Assembly (NCBI GenBank): GCA_030704615.1 | Contig: CM060731.1 | Location: 76,446,001-76,510,000 of the forward strand | Length of the DNA stretch: 64,000 nt | Origin: Takakia lepidozioides | Lineage: Eukaryota; Plantae; Bryophyta | Reading direction: 5' to 3' | Shown here: positions 11,245-23,981 of the stretch, one piece after another | Position numbering within the stretch: position 1 is the first letter of the stretch | How the letters are laid out: the number at the start of each line of letters is the position of its first letter | The notes under the pieces: generated by a model | Told to the model about the DNA's origin: nothing | The model's input: only the letters and a program-made list of their open reading frames with translations | Databases searched by the model: none | Made by a program: the position numbers and the translations under genes

Positions 11245-13648
11245 TCATGCCTCCTTGAGAGTGTTCCCAATATCAATTACAAAACGATACCTGACATCAG
11301 ATTTCCCGAGTCTTTCCATGGCCTTGTTTATGTCTGACATGGGGATCTTTTCAATCAGGGCTGTAATGTTATGTTCCCCACAGAAGTCCAGCATTTCCTG
11401 AGTCTCTGGCAATCCTCCTATACAACTGCCCGCTAAAAGCTTTCTCCCTGCAATTTCAACACCACTTATCAGTCAGGAGCTCATAACCGGCTGTATGTAA
11501 TCTCTGGAATATCAGACACAGCAAATATGGTGGTTTCAAGTAAAAATCCTGTTCACTGGAGGAACATCACCCTGGAGAGAAACAGATGCAGTGGCCCTCA
11601 TAAGTATTCAGGCCGGTCACAAAGACTTAACGTAGTAGTTCAGGGGCAGAAGTTCCAAATGCATGGTACATCAGTTAGGTTGCTCCTTTCACTTGAGTCC
11701 AAATTCAAAAGCCAGAACAATATTCAACGGGTCTAAAATCACACTCATGAGTTACATGAAATGGTAGTTGTTTCCATGATAGTATGCCATTGGGCTCAAC
11801 CTCCCAAGCAATGGATCTCATCATCATGACTATATTAATTCATGGAGATTTGTTACATTACATCCAGAGACCAGGAAATTGTCTCACACAACTATATAAA
11901 ACATAGAGGGAGCATTTGGGGAGCGTACCAGCAACAATTGAACTGGGGTTAAGGTCCAGGCGCTCATCAGGAAGACCAACTAACACAAGCTTGCCTGAGA
12001 TACGTATCCAAGGAGTGATAAGCTGACACAGTATCAATGATGTAGTCAATCGTCCCTTTCGCAGCCTGAACACAATCAGGGACCCTTTAAGAAGCAGCGA
12101 TATGTGATCTTCAAAAGAACGTGGCAATACTCAAGATGTACTGTAACAATGTCCATACGGTCTACCTAGTGTTCCTCTTCCTGCTCAAAAGAGTACTGGC
12201 CACTGCTTCAGTTTCTCTACATCTTTTTCTAAACAGGGTTTGACTCCTGGTGCATAAAAGCTCCATGATTCAACTGACATTACACCCCGGTAAGTGACGA
12301 CTCTGCCCATGCCCGGTGCTCCTCTGAGAACAAGATGATAACGTAACAAAGTACCTTCATTCTCTTTTCATCGCTGCTGACAATGAAGTCATCAGCTCCA
12401 AAGGTCTCCCGAGCCTCCTTCTCCTTGTTGGTGGTCGTGCTAAAAACTGTCATCTTCAAACCAAAAGCCTTGGCAAACTTTGGCCTAGGCCCCCCAAGCC
12501 AACCAACCCAAAGTGCTTGCCCTTCTGGGTCATCCCATAGTACTTCATAGGACTCCAGACAGTGATGCCTGCACAAAGCAATGGTGTTACTCCATCCAAG
12601 GGCAAGTTCTCAGGAATCCGCAACACAAACCTGGCCCATCTCCACATGCATAGTTGTCATTGACCATGGAGGGCCTATCAGCATCTAGACACTCAAGCAT
12701 GTTTCTCCAGAATCTGTGAATTGAGAAGTTCGCACCCTGGCATTACTCATAAGTCTACACATGAAAACTAGTAGTGCCAAAATATACACTCGTGACATAT
12801 GCTTCATACCGTGATGTACATTGCCAATGGTCAAGCAATACAAAGTACAACCAATTCTGTCTCAAAGAAATATAGAACAAGGCAGGTCAACTGGGTAGAG
12901 ATATTACACCTTTGCTCAGCAACCATTATGGCAGAGTAGCCTCCATTGGTGAGAGTGCCATCAATGTCCACATCATTGTAGGTATTCACATGCTTGCTGC
13001 AGTAATTCTCAAGACCCTCCTCACAGAACTCACAGCTCTGGCAGGATCGCACCAAGACACCCACTCCAACATGTTGCCCTACCTTGAAGCGTTCCACCTT
13101 TGAGCCTACTTCTGTCACCACCCCAACAATTTCATGCCTGTGCACATCCACTTGCTACTGTCAGTCTTCACAAACATCTTCAGACATCCACATTCTTTCA
13201 AAGGCATATTACCTAGTACACCTGACTACTTATGCAATCTTGAGACAATTTATAATGTCTTGGATATTGTGACACGGGATAGGAAAAAACTCACCCTGGT
13301 ACCATCGGGTACTTGGATCCTGTCCATTCATTCTTGATTTGATGCAGATCCGAGTGGCAAACCCCGCAGTAGAGGACTTTGAATTTCACATCCTCAGGAC
13401 CTGTCGGCCTGCATACCCGATGCAGGACAAAAAAACATGGCTTAAGATGTCTGTTATGTCTGTTCAGCAGGGCCCTTCACCTCCTCCCTTAAGCCTTGCA
13501 GTATTCTTGAGGAGGCAGGAACGTGGTCATCTGGCAAGAAAGTCTACAATCCAGCAACTCAAAGGTGAATGCAGACCTGCGAGAGGACAAGAATTCCTGA
13601 CGAATCATGCGAAGCCCAGCCAATCACTTGTTCAGGAGCTTCACCCAT
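11245..13648 (-). pseudogene. CAD: Cinnamyl alcohol dehydrogenase/mannitol dehydrogenase-like gene with frameshifting deletions (6 exons)
   Basis: Exons encode [85 protein letters not shown] and [24 protein letters not shown]. Small deletions break the frame at ~12483 (HMAV lost), ~12000 and in exon 1. Confidence 0.85.
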
Positions 13649-14386
13649 CTTTCTTCACAACCTGCGCTGTTGTGCAAATCTCTGAAACTGAGAGAAGAAA
13701 CTCGGATCATCAAGCAATGCGAAAGATACTCACATGTACACAAATAGTAGCTAGCATTACAAGTAAATTTTTCCCCTTTTAGTTACAGAACTCGACTCAC
13801 CACAAACAACCTCAAATATTATCAGTCGTAAGACCGATAACAACGACTGCGGATTTGCACACCTAGTTATCTACAACTCACACCTCAGAAATAAAGTAGG
13901 TCTCGTCGTCTCAATCACAAAACCCATGGAGTTCACCACGGAAGACCCTTCTGAGACTACCAAAGACGGTGGTGCAATCACGTGGAATATCTTCAACGTT
14001 CAAGCTCAATGCAAGGACAACTTACATCTTCAGACCTCAAGACAACTTTCCGCATCTGCCCAACTCTACATAAATACAAAGAAGGTGAGCTAACTTACCG
14101 CAATGCAGAGGACGTGCAACAAAAGTGCAGGAGAGAGAACTTATCAGAGATTTATGTGGAGGAATGCAAACATGGTGTTGCAAAGCGACACGGACATGTC
14201 CCCCACCAAACGTACACTGACGAGTCACCGTCCAGAGAAAACACTGCCCGTGTTTGAAGGGATGCTCTCTGTTCGTTGGGATTCCGCCGCCATAGTCAGG
14301 CTCCTTGGCCTGCACACCGCCAGAGTGAGAGTTCTATAATGACGACGATAAAAAACACATTCGCAGCCGGTTTCACTCGATCGCAC

Positions 14387-14468
14387 CGCAGCCTGAGAGA
14401 TTCGAACTCTCGCGGGGAGACCCCATGTACTTAGCAGGCACACGCCTTAACCACTCGGCCAAAGCTGC
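14387..14468 (-). tRNA. tRNA-Ser (anticodon GCT)
   Basis: 82-nt GCAGCTTTGGCCGAGTGGTTAAGGCGTGTGCCTGCTAAGTACATGGGGTCTCCCCGCGAGAGTTCGAATCTCTCAGGCTGCG folds as a cloverleaf with a long variable arm. A T-run terminator follows at ~14350-14355. Confidence 0.96.
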
Positions 14469-14611
14469 TTAGCGACAATTTAGTCGTGTAATTTACTGTT
14501 AGTATTGAAAAGTAGGAATGGGAATTGTGTCCTCAGTCACTGGTTTATTGATAAACGTCCGTTCAAGGGAGCACATTATGAGAGTCTTTAACATAATCTG
14601 ATAATATCCTT

Positions 14612-14828
14612 ATTGGCCCAAATTTCGGCGAGGCTATATGTGAAGGTAAGAAGGGAGAGGATTGGAGCGGCCAATGGGGAGGGAGGCACCCCTGTTGGAA
14701 TGGATGAAATGTGAGGCCACGTGTACAGGCTAGCATAGAAGTATGAGGGTGGACCTCCTTCTACCTAGTTGTAGAGCTTTCTGGAATCAAGGATGAGGCG
14801 GTGGGCCCTTCTAACTTAGAGGCTCCAC
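14612..14828. repeat. Diverged ~200-bp inverted-repeat arm (partner 17253-17455)
   Basis: GAGGATTGGAGCGGCCAATGGGGAGGGAGG...GGATGAGGCGGTGGGCCCTTCTAA is the reverse complement of sequence at ~17260-17405. Confidence 0.8.
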
Positions 14829-15051
14829 CACCATCACCATGAAGGCTATCTTTTATGGGGTTTCTTCCTCTAAGCAGAGCGTGAGCGTGCTCACGCTCAC
14901 TCGAGCACAACCCACTGTCATAGGGGTTAAATGTTTTCAACCCACGGTGCATATGAGTACCTTCAGATTTATTTTCTCAATGTGAAAATAACTTTTCTAG
15001 GGAAATAACTTTAATGATTTTTGTTTTTCTGGGGTTTTATGGGGTATCCAG

Positions 15052-15791
15052 CAGTGTTGGCCGGGTATGGCATCTGGACATGCATATCCGGCGGTTATTT
15101 GCCGGTTATGCACATATGCACAACCGGAAAGTGTAGCCCCCGTAGGAACCGGCTATGGAAGGGAACCGGCAAAAGCCATCGAGCTTCCTAACCGGCTAGA
15201 GAACCGGCATCGCGATTGTAAGGATGTTATACCCGGAGCAAGATCCGGAACAAATGTGGATGGGGGTTGGTGATGGTAATTAATAACATTACAAATGGAC
15301 AGATCCTGAGGGGAATGTTATGTCTTACTAGTTACAATACATTTACAATGGTTAGGGAGAATGTCCAAGTAGATAGGAAATTAATTAGTTGGGCATTTGG
15401 CTAAAATAATAGTTGTAAGCTGTAAGCTTAGTGTATTACAAGGGCAGAGCCCCTAGAGATAGATGACAGGGGTTGAACATTTGAAAATCAGATCCATAGG
15501 CCAAAAGACAAGGCCACAGCCCTCTTTGTGTAGTTTTACACATATACACAAAAAGTCTAGAAAAAGTAAAAAAAATAAAAATGGATGAATCCCATAACCG
15601 GTACCATGGAACCGGCATTTTTTAAGATGACATAACCGGTAGATTGAGAACCGGACAAAAAAAAATTCATGTGTTTAATGAGAACCTGTAACCGAGATGT
15701 TTTTTAAACCTATTGGTATACCCTTTTTTTCAAAGAGTAGGCTATAACCGGACCGGAAGAGGGCTCAAAACATGGTACCCGGCCAACATTG
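15052..15791. mobile_element. Non-autonomous hAT-type element (MITE)
   Basis: TIRs CAGTGTTGGCCGGGTA / TACCCGGCCAACATTG, exact 8-bp TSD GTATCCAG (15044-15051 and 15792-15799), and many subterminal ACCGG motifs. Confidence 0.9.
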
Positions 15792-16020
15792 GTATCCAGT
15801 TCGCATAACGTGAGGAAAACCCACGCCTATAGGGTAACATGTTTATCGTGTATAAGTGTTACTTGCTTCTTAAGTGATGCTTCGAGGGCCTATGTGAGCA
15901 GTTAAAAAAAGTTTCGCAAAGTTTTTAGTTTCTCGATTTTAGTTTCGTTGGAGAATATTCGAAAGGCATCTAGGCAATATCCTTAATATTCGCTTGTGCT
16001 CACCCAACCTCGGTTTCTTC

Positions 16021-16390
16021 CGGTGTTGGGCGGATATAGAGTGATCCGGATATCAATCCGGATACTAGTGTATCCGGATCCGGATCCGGCAGCTATTTGA
16101 TATCCGGCTATTATTTATATATGGCGGATACATAAAACAAAGGATCCGGATAGGTTCCTATCCGCCGGATATAAAAATGATTAATAACCGGATTGTATCC
16201 GGATATGTATTAAAAATACCGGATCTCAACCGGATATAACAAAGTAAATAAAAAATTTAATAAAAAAATAAAATATTTAATATTTTATTACAATTATGAT
16301 GATTTAAATTGATTAAATGAAAATATAAAAGATGTTATTTTCTATGATTCATATATCCGGATTACTCTATAACCGTCGGATGTTATAAAC
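16021..16390. mobile_element. Partial hAT-like MITE end rich in CCGGAT motifs
   Basis: Begins CGGTGTTGGGCGGATA, similar to the TIR family above, followed by dense ATCCGGAT repeats. No matching right end was found. Confidence 0.5.
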
Positions 16391-17171
16391 TGGACAATAC
16401 ATAGGTAACCAAAGACGTAATTTGGTTTTGCAGGTCTTTATTATATCCTAACAAACATTGCACATTATGCCAGACCCACCTCCCTCAGGTAGACACAATA
16501 TAGCCACACTTTCTTCTCTACTGTAAACACCCTATACGACAGAAGAAGCTTTTGAAGCTGCCAAACCTCTTGGTTACGTGAAGTCATGGTTCAACCTTAT
16601 GAATGCAAATATGTTCGAAGGTAGACCACCAAACCACACGATACCTCCATGGTTGTTACCATGCACATGCATTCATTACACATGTTGTTGTCTAGCACAG
16701 CTATGCCCTAATATTTGCTTGTCCATCGGACTTCCCATCCAGTGCCAGCAGGACCACTCCCTTACCTCACCATTCATATAATAGAATTTTCATTTTGCTA
16801 GGATAGATTGTCTATAAACGTGAAAAATATGAACTGCTCATTTTGGCCCTTCAACGTCAATATGGATGGAAGACCGCCCCTCTCACTATCATCACTACTG
16901 GTAGCAGAAGAGAAGCACACTGCCACAATAGTCTAATCCTAAGAGAAAAACTCAAGCTACTTCTAAAGTACATCACCACCCCCCCTCATATGTAGCATGC
17001 ACTTTACCCCTATCGCATCGCTTATAATTTTTAACAATTTAAAAAAATTGAAAGTGACTAGTTTGCCATTATGTAACTGGTTCTGGTTTTGATAGAGCCC
17101 ACTCCTGAAAGGGGACAGTAACTTACTTGCAAGGAGAAGACACTCTTATTTACGCTATCTCCGGCTGGCAT

Positions 17172-17175
17172 TATA

Positions 17176-17214
<39 letters not shown>
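17172..17214. repeat. (TA)n microsatellite
   Basis: Long TA run. Confidence 0.95.
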
Positions 17215-17219
<5 letters not shown>

Positions 17220-17252
17220 CGCCCTCTTTATATTTTGTCTCAAGCCAGCGGC

Positions 17253-17455
17253 GGTGGAGCCTTTTAGAAGGGGCCCACCGCCTCATCCATCTAGAAGTAT
17301 GAATGAGGCCCACCCTCCTACTTCTATGCTAGCGTCTATATGTGCCTCACATTTCATCCATTCCAGCACGGGTGCCCTCCCTCCCCATTGGCCGCTCCAA
17401 TCCTCTCATTTTTTCCGACCTTCAGGAACAGCCCTTGGCAGAATTTGGGACCCTT
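17253..17455. repeat. Diverged ~200-bp inverted-repeat arm (partner 14612-14828)
   Basis: Reverse-complement similarity to 14612-14828. Confidence 0.8.
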
Positions 17456-17982
17456 ATTTATTACGACATTTAACAAATTAATAATATTCATTATTTTTTG
17501 TACTTTTGTTGTTTGTCCAGGCTGTAAAAAATTAACACGAGTGGACGATAATGGACCTGATATATTAATTGCCATTGATGAAGATCCAGGAGAAACATTA
17601 GTTGAAGCCACCTAATGCACCATGTCAGTTGTAGATTGTGGAGGAAAATATAGATTAGGTAAATTCTTTCAAACACCTTGAGATTCCTCATATTTCTCCT
17701 TTTCATACTGCAAAGCAGCATTCCAACTCACGTCACCCCCGATAACTTACTTGACACACGACTAGATGATACATTGTAACACTCACATCATGATTCCTTC
17801 ATTGTCTGTGTTGTAACTTGTATCTCATATAACCTTCCCTTTGAGGTATGACTTGTCATCCTCATACCTATTTCAGGAAGTCTAACCCCCATAGCATTGA
17901 ACCGATTGATAACAGTTATCCGAGCACTCTTATTGGAGTAGTTGCCGCCCTTGCAATTAGGCAGATTAACAATCATTGTCTT

Positions 17983-18399
17983 TGTCATGGTTTCATGGTT
18001 ATCTAGAATTACCTACTTCTAGTTAACTACGACATTTTAGATATTTATATTTATATTTTGTGTGTTGGGACTTCATTTGGTCTCACATGCCAAGTGAGGT
18101 GTCGAGCCTCACTTGAGACATGGAGATAGGTTTTCCCCTTGTGAGTGTTGAGAAGGCTCATCTTCTTGTAGTTGAGCCTCCATGAGCTTCTCTCACCTCC
18201 ATAGCTCTAGGTATTGAGAGGGAGTGTGTTGAGGGCTTTGTAGGGTGGATTCCTTTAGCAAAGGTGCCCTTGGCTTGACTTAGTTTATGTGATAGAGTGG
18301 ATTTCACTTGGAAGGACTAGGGCTTGTTCTTCATGTGATTGCTTCATGCTTTGAGAGCTTTCATTGTCTTCTACTTCTCTCATTTCTCATCTCTTATCA
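17983..18399 (+). repeat. 5' terminal repeat (B segment) of the outer element
   Basis: TGTCA...TTATCA. Shares the blocks AGGCTCATCTT..AGTTGAGCCTC, GTGGATTCC and CTTGGCTTGACTT with the reverse complement of the inner B repeat. Confidence 0.7.
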
Positions 18400-18413
18400 C
18401 TACAAGAAGATGA
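18400..18413 (+). promoter_or_regulatory. Putative self-priming PBS of the outer element
   Basis: CTACAAGAAGATGA directly follows TTATCA and is the exact reverse complement of TCATCTTCTTGTAG (18158-18171) in the same terminal repeat. Confidence 0.75.
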
Positions 18414-19710
18414 CCTTATGCTTGTGAGTGCGGAGTGTAAGGATTAGTTTTGCATTTGTATTTTAAAAAGGTTGAGAGCTAGGAGAATTTAGCTCTTGTA
18501 TCACAAGGCTTGCAAGGGGTTGCAAGGAAAGGTGCTCGAGTATTGCATGCACCAAGGAGTTGGAGAGCTTGAGAAGAAAGCTCTTGAGTCACAAGATTTT
18601 GCAAAGATTGTAAGGAGGAAGTCTTGTGTGTGTGGAAGCATGGATTCTAGGGTTTGAGAATCATTTGTATGCATTATGGAGTCGATGGTGTGCGCTATGG
18701 CTTGTGGAGAGTGACTAAAGGCTTGTTAGTGCTCATTTCACTATCAAGCTAGGGTTAAGCAAGTTCAAAGTGTGGATGTTGTGGAAGAGAAGCCAATGAG
18801 CTATATATGCTTGGGCTTGAAGACAACAAGGGCAAGCACTTGGAGAGCACTAAGAAGCTCAAGAGGTTTTGAAATGGAGCATGTGAAGAAATCTTCCAAT
18901 CATGGTGGTGTGGAGCCAAACTTAGTATGCCATTGGAAGGGCTTGGAGAACATGTGGTGGGAAATCCTTGAAGGGAAATCATCATTCAATGTATGCATAG
19001 CTTCACCCTAACTATGTAATGTGACAAGAGGGGGAGGCAATACTTGGCTATTCATGCTCTTGGTAGTGCGAGTTTTGTGGTGGATAGTTGACCAAGCAAG
19101 TGGTGCATGTGTGGAGCATGCTCGCTTGACTTTGTAAGTTCAAGTTTGAGAAGGGGAGCTCTTGAACTAGCAAGAGGTGAAGGCCTTTGAGATCCATTTG
19201 TGTGTGAAGTGGAGAGGTGTTGATTCATGTTATGATAAAGGAGAGCAACACATAGGCCAAGAGGTCATGAAACATGCATTCAAATGACCACGGGGAGCAC
19301 ATGGATGATGGATTGGTGCAAGACCCCAAATGAGGCATATGGCGTGAGAGTGGGATCCAAGGCGGATTGCTTGGGAGCATTATTGTAAGTGACAAGCATT
19401 GCTCCTACACATTGAGATAATTTGTGTTGATTTGGAGCAATTGTCAAGTGATGAGGAGACAAATGCATGATTGCTCGGCAATGGAGATATGGTAGTTTGC
19501 AATCAAATCCCAAGGACTAGAAGATGGATTGATTTGGTGGACAATGACTTGCAAGTTGAGTTGGACCACTCTTGGTTGCACATTGGGGTGGAAGAGAGCA
19601 AGAAGATGCCTCTTATGACCACCTAGAGACCATATTTTTGCTTGAGTAAAAGCATAGAAGTCAAGGACTTGCATTCTAGCTCTTCATTACAAACCCTAGT
19701 AGTGTATGCT

Positions 19711-20105
19711 CAGACTATACCTCTGTTAGTATACCAAACATGAGCTTGTCCCTTTGACTATACCTCTGTTGAGGTATCACCATATGTGAACCCTAATGTG
19801 AGACTATACCTCTGTTAGTATACCAAACATGAGCTTGTCCATTTTACTATACCTCTATTGAGGTATCACCATATGTGAACCCTAATCAGCTCAGACTATA
19901 CCTCTGTTAGTATACCAAACAGGAGCTTGTCCCTTTTACTATACCTCTGTTGAGGTATCACCATATGTGGACCCTAATCAGCTCAGACTATACCTCTGTT
20001 AGTATACCAAACAGAACCCTCATTTTCAGACTATACCTCTGTAAAGGTATCATCAACATAAGGGACCCTAGCAACCTCAGACTATACCTCTGTTAAGGTA
20101 TCAAC
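19711..20105 (+). repeat. Tandem repeat in the outer element leader (~44/45-bp subunits, ~89-bp higher-order unit)
   Basis: About nine copies of (G/T)ACTATACCTCT(G/A)T, alternately followed by TAGTATACCAAACA or TGAGGTATCACCATATGTG. Confidence 0.9.
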
Positions 20106-20885
20106 AGTGAAAGGACTTGGGTGAAATTTAAGGGCATTTGGAGGATTGTTTGAAAGATATTTGAGGGCCCTTGAAGGAGTATTTGGAGGATCTTTGGGGT
20201 CCTTGGAGGAGTGTTTGGAGGATCTTTGGGGTCCTTGGAGGACCCTTCGAGGAGCTTTGGTGACAATGTTGAAGAGCTCTTGAAGGATTGATTGAGGGAT
20301 ATTGAAGGATACTTGCCACGGCCATACAAGCGAGTGGATAGAGACAGGATGGAGAGTGGTGGGATGAGAGCATTCTGGGGTTAGGAATTGCTTTAGTTTC
20401 TCTTCTCCATAGTCTTTCACCCTCTCTGTAGGCCAAAACCTTTCCGTAGGTGGAGGCAAGAGTCAGTCCGGGTTTGGGCTGGGGTGTCCTTACAGGAGCG
20501 ACACTGTGGAGTGTTTTTGGTGTGGGGGAGTTGCTGTCTTGATTTTCTTGTGTTTGGATCCCCTCCACACCTGCATGCTTGACTGTGCGTCATGTTAGCT
20601 TTGTGTAGGCGCTTGTTTTCATAGGAGGTTGGTCCGGATTTGATCACCGGCCAATCCTAGAATATGCTGTCGGTGGTGAGGCTGGAGTGATGACCAGCCA
20701 GACCATCATTGTTTCTCCTGTGGTGAGGTTGGAGGTGATGACCAGCCAACCATAAGAGTGCTTGCGGTGGATGCAGGTACAGGTGTAGGCTATGTTAGGA
20801 ACTTAGTATTCCAAACCATAAGCCGCAACAGGTTCTCTACCCGGTTACCTTGTGGAGAGGGGGTTAGGGACATGTTCATGACCGG

Positions 20886-23015
20886 TTGAGTGTCAACACG
20901 GAGGTGCCACTAGTTGCTGGGGACAGTGCTGGTTTGAGCACTAGCGATACTAGTGGGTACACGAGACGAGGTGTGCGGTTTAGGCCACATTCACCTCCCG
21001 TGTCTTTTACGAAAGGTTCTGATTCGGATTGTGAATCAGGAGGACTCATACCGGCGGTGCAAGTTGTTTCTTTGCCATTGTTGTGGGACACAATGGAGGA
21101 GATGTATGGAGCTACCAAGGGGCCACGAAGGTACTTTGGGGCGGTGGGCACCATCGAGTTGGATGATTTTATCCAAGAGTTTGATAGTTGGTGTGATTTG
21201 TAGCAAATGCGCAATCCACAGCTATTTACGCCTTTCATGGCATGGAAGGGGCTGTTTCAGCACCTTGAAGGGCCGCCTATAGATGATTACCATGAGTTCA
21301 GGCGGGGGCATGAGGTTGAGATCGAGGAGTGGAGGATGTACTGGTCACCCGACTATGTCTCCATCACTAGGGGCACTAGAGCCACGAGGGCAGTGGCTAC
21401 ATCTGCCGCTGCACCGGCAGCTTCAGCAAGTAGCAGTGGGACTGGTGGTACAGTAGCTACGATGTCCACCCAAGCCACTACCACACCAGCACTAGTACCC
21501 GTGCCTACCTTCAACCTTGTTGTGGAGTTCTTCGAAGAGTTGAGAGGGAACTACCAAGGGGTGAGGACAGAGAAGTTGCGGAGCTTGCAAGAGTTCCAAC
21601 GGAAGCCGACCGAGAGCTTGAGGAAGGCTTTCACTCGCATGAGGCGCTTGATAAATGTAACCCAAGGGGTTACGGAAGCTCAGGCAGTCCAATTCTGGTA
21701 TGGGATATTGGACAAGGAGCTGAGGAGAAGGGTGCAGGATGCAACTCTCCTACAAGCGGCCCAACCCACCTTAGCAAATGTGTTTTTGCTGGCAAAGCGG
21801 ATAGAGCTCAACATGGTGGAGGAACGAGTGGTCATGGTGGGATTTGCTAAGGAGACACCACGGGGTAGTGGTGCTCCTAGCCAACCACTACCTCAATGTG
21901 CTCAAGGCAACAAGGGGGCTCAAGTGAAGCTCAGGGAAGGGCAGAGAGGACCTCAGATGCAGGGGTCTCTCCCTTCATTTGCTGGCCAACAACGGGCGGA
22001 TGTGGTGTGCTGGACATGTAGAGGACCCCATGTCAAGAGAGATTGCCCAGAGAGTGGCAGAAGGCCGGCACAAGCACAGCCTGCACAGTTGCAGTGTGGG
22101 CATTGTGGCAAGTATGGGCATGGAGATGCCCAGTGTTATGACTTGCACCCTGAGTTGCGCCCAGGCCAATTCCAAGGGAACAATGGTGGCCGGGGGCGAG
22201 GTGGACCAGCCCAGAGAGGACGAGGTGGTCGGGCACGAGGTGCAAGCCAAGGGCAAGCTCAACATGGCCAAGGACGCGGAGGTCAGGGTGTTGACCAAGA
22301 CATGGCCAACCGGCTTCAGCAGCTAGAGCAAAGGCTCGCTGCCATGGCTATAGCTCAGGTGGTACCGGCTCCCAGGCGGGATGGTCCACCTCCTGCTCCC
22401 GAGGGAGGAGATATGGGAGGGATGGGATTCATGTGCGGAGCAGCACTACCACTAGTGCAGGTGGAGTCTGCTGTAGCCGTGACTCGAGGAGCAGCACGAG
22501 TTCCTGAGCCACGAGGTGCAGAGGTGGAATTGGATCCACAGCGTGGGGAGGCAAGTCGTCAGGCGAGGCTTCCTCAGTCATTCACATTGGTGGAGACAGT
22601 GTCGACGCCACCATGGCACCTAGTTCTCGCCCGACTGTTACCGAGGTGGAGGTTACTATGCCATTGGGGAGAGCTACACGTGCAGCACTAACACCTGCTA
22701 CCAAGGCTAGTGCAGCCGGTGTGTTATTGGGGGCAGCCACCTCTGTGTGTCAAGCCCCACTGTTCTCGGCAACCATGATTGCGACACCGGGGGTAAGACC
22801 AGCTGCAGTGTTCAGACTAGCAGCAACACTCTGCGAGAGTGGGGAGGTCACTTCATCTTCTGTAGAGTTACTGGAAGGTGTAGTGGCAGAGGGATCCTCG
22901 GATTTGAGGGTCAAGACTGCCACAACTGCGCCATGGCAAGCTGCAGCTGCCAGATTGATGGAGCTGCCAGCTAGGCCAGCCTTTGAACGCACCATGGTGA
23001 CACCTGGAGTTGTCT
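20886..23015 (+). pseudogene. gag: Outer element gag (disrupted)
   Basis: Highly similar to the inner gag. Has a CAG>TAG stop at 21201, a frameshift near 22610 and is cut by the inner element at 23015. Two zinc knuckles and an RGG region are retained. Confidence 0.9.
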
Positions 23016-23203
23016 TGTCGTGCGCATACATATCGCTACACAACTACATCGCTGTCCAAAACCACACAACACATGTGCACACCACAGACTAGTATACCAC
23101 TAGTCTACCACTAGTCCAGCCACTACTCCAACCACTAGGCTACAACTAGTCAGTCACTAGGCTGCCATTATGCTGCCCACTATGGCAGTCACTAGTCCAC
23201 ACA
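23016..23203 (-). repeat. Terminal repeat segment A, copy 1 (188 bp)
   Basis: Identical by eye to 23534-23721. Contains many CACTAG/ACTAG motifs. Confidence 0.95.
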
Positions 23204-23204
23204 A

Positions 23205-23531
23205 TGATAAAGAAGAAGAATACAAGCACAAGCTCATGCGAGCTCACAAAGCTGAAGCATAAACTCATGCATATATAACCTCATCACTCAAATACAAGTC
23301 AAGCCAAGTGCACCCCACGCCATGGGGAATCCACACTACGGCGCCATAGCTAGGCGCGGTGAGGCTCAACTCGAGAAAGATGAGCCTCCCGCGCTTGCCG
23401 TGAAGATAACCACTCCAGGGCCTAAATCTGCCTTGACCCCTGGATTGACACTTGGGCCAATCCCAAATGTCAATATGTAAAAGCTAGCTATTTCCTAGCT
23501 AGTTTCACACTAGTGGTAAAATAACTTGACA
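23205..23531 (-). repeat. Terminal repeat segment B, 3' copy (327 bp)
   Basis: Matches 34603-34929 with two substitutions seen (AGAAGAAG/AGAGGAAG and GATTGACA/GATTAACA). Confidence 0.95.
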
Positions 23532-23533
23532 GC

Positions 23534-23721
23534 TGTCGTGCGCATACATATCGCTACACAACTACATCGCTGTCCAAAACCACACAACACATGTGCACAC
23601 CACAGACTAGTATACCACTAGTCTACCACTAGTCCAGCCACTACTCCAACCACTAGGCTACAACTAGTCAGTCACTAGGCTGCCATTATGCTGCCCACTA
23701 TGGCAGTCACTAGTCCACACA
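23534..23721 (-). repeat. Terminal repeat segment A, copy 2 (188 bp), directly after the PPT
   Basis: Separated from B by the dinucleotide GC inside the palindrome GACAGCTGTC (23528-23537). Confidence 0.95.
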
Positions 23722-23733
23722 ATCGCCCCCCTA
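23722..23733 (-). promoter_or_regulatory. Polypurine tract (plus-strand primer)
   Basis: The minus strand reads TAGGGGGGCG-AT-TGTGTGG: a G-tract, a short spacer, then the TG start of segment A, downstream of the integrase stop. Confidence 0.7.
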
Positions 23734-23981
23734 GCTGGTGCTTAGGTCCCTCTAAGTCCAGGTAGCCACAAGATGTGATAGTGACCATAGCCTCACTAAG
23801 TCCTCCACCATTATCCCTACTACACTCAAACTCGATAGATCAAGAGGCCGGGTGCAAGAGTTGCCCCATCATTAGTCGCCGTCTTGCAACCTGTGAACTT
23901 GAGCTTGGGATCTCATGTATTGACTCCTATGAGCTTGGCCTCCCATGTCTTGTTAGCTGCCTCCAGTCATGTCCACTGCCA

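Noticed and set aside
19711-20105. CRISPR-like repeat/spacer appearance
   Set aside because: The context is eukaryotic, the 'spacers' are themselves repeated, and there are no cas genes. It is a higher-order tandem repeat.
21201-21209. Second TAG-CAA in the outer gag as a readthrough site
   Set aside because: The inner copy has CAG here and the context is CAA-ATG, not CAR-YYA. It is a C>T nonsense mutation.
23012-23016. 5-bp TSD GTCTT
   Set aside because: It is formally possible but would remove the T of the terminal TG. The internal copy of A also begins TGTCG, favouring a 4-bp TSD.
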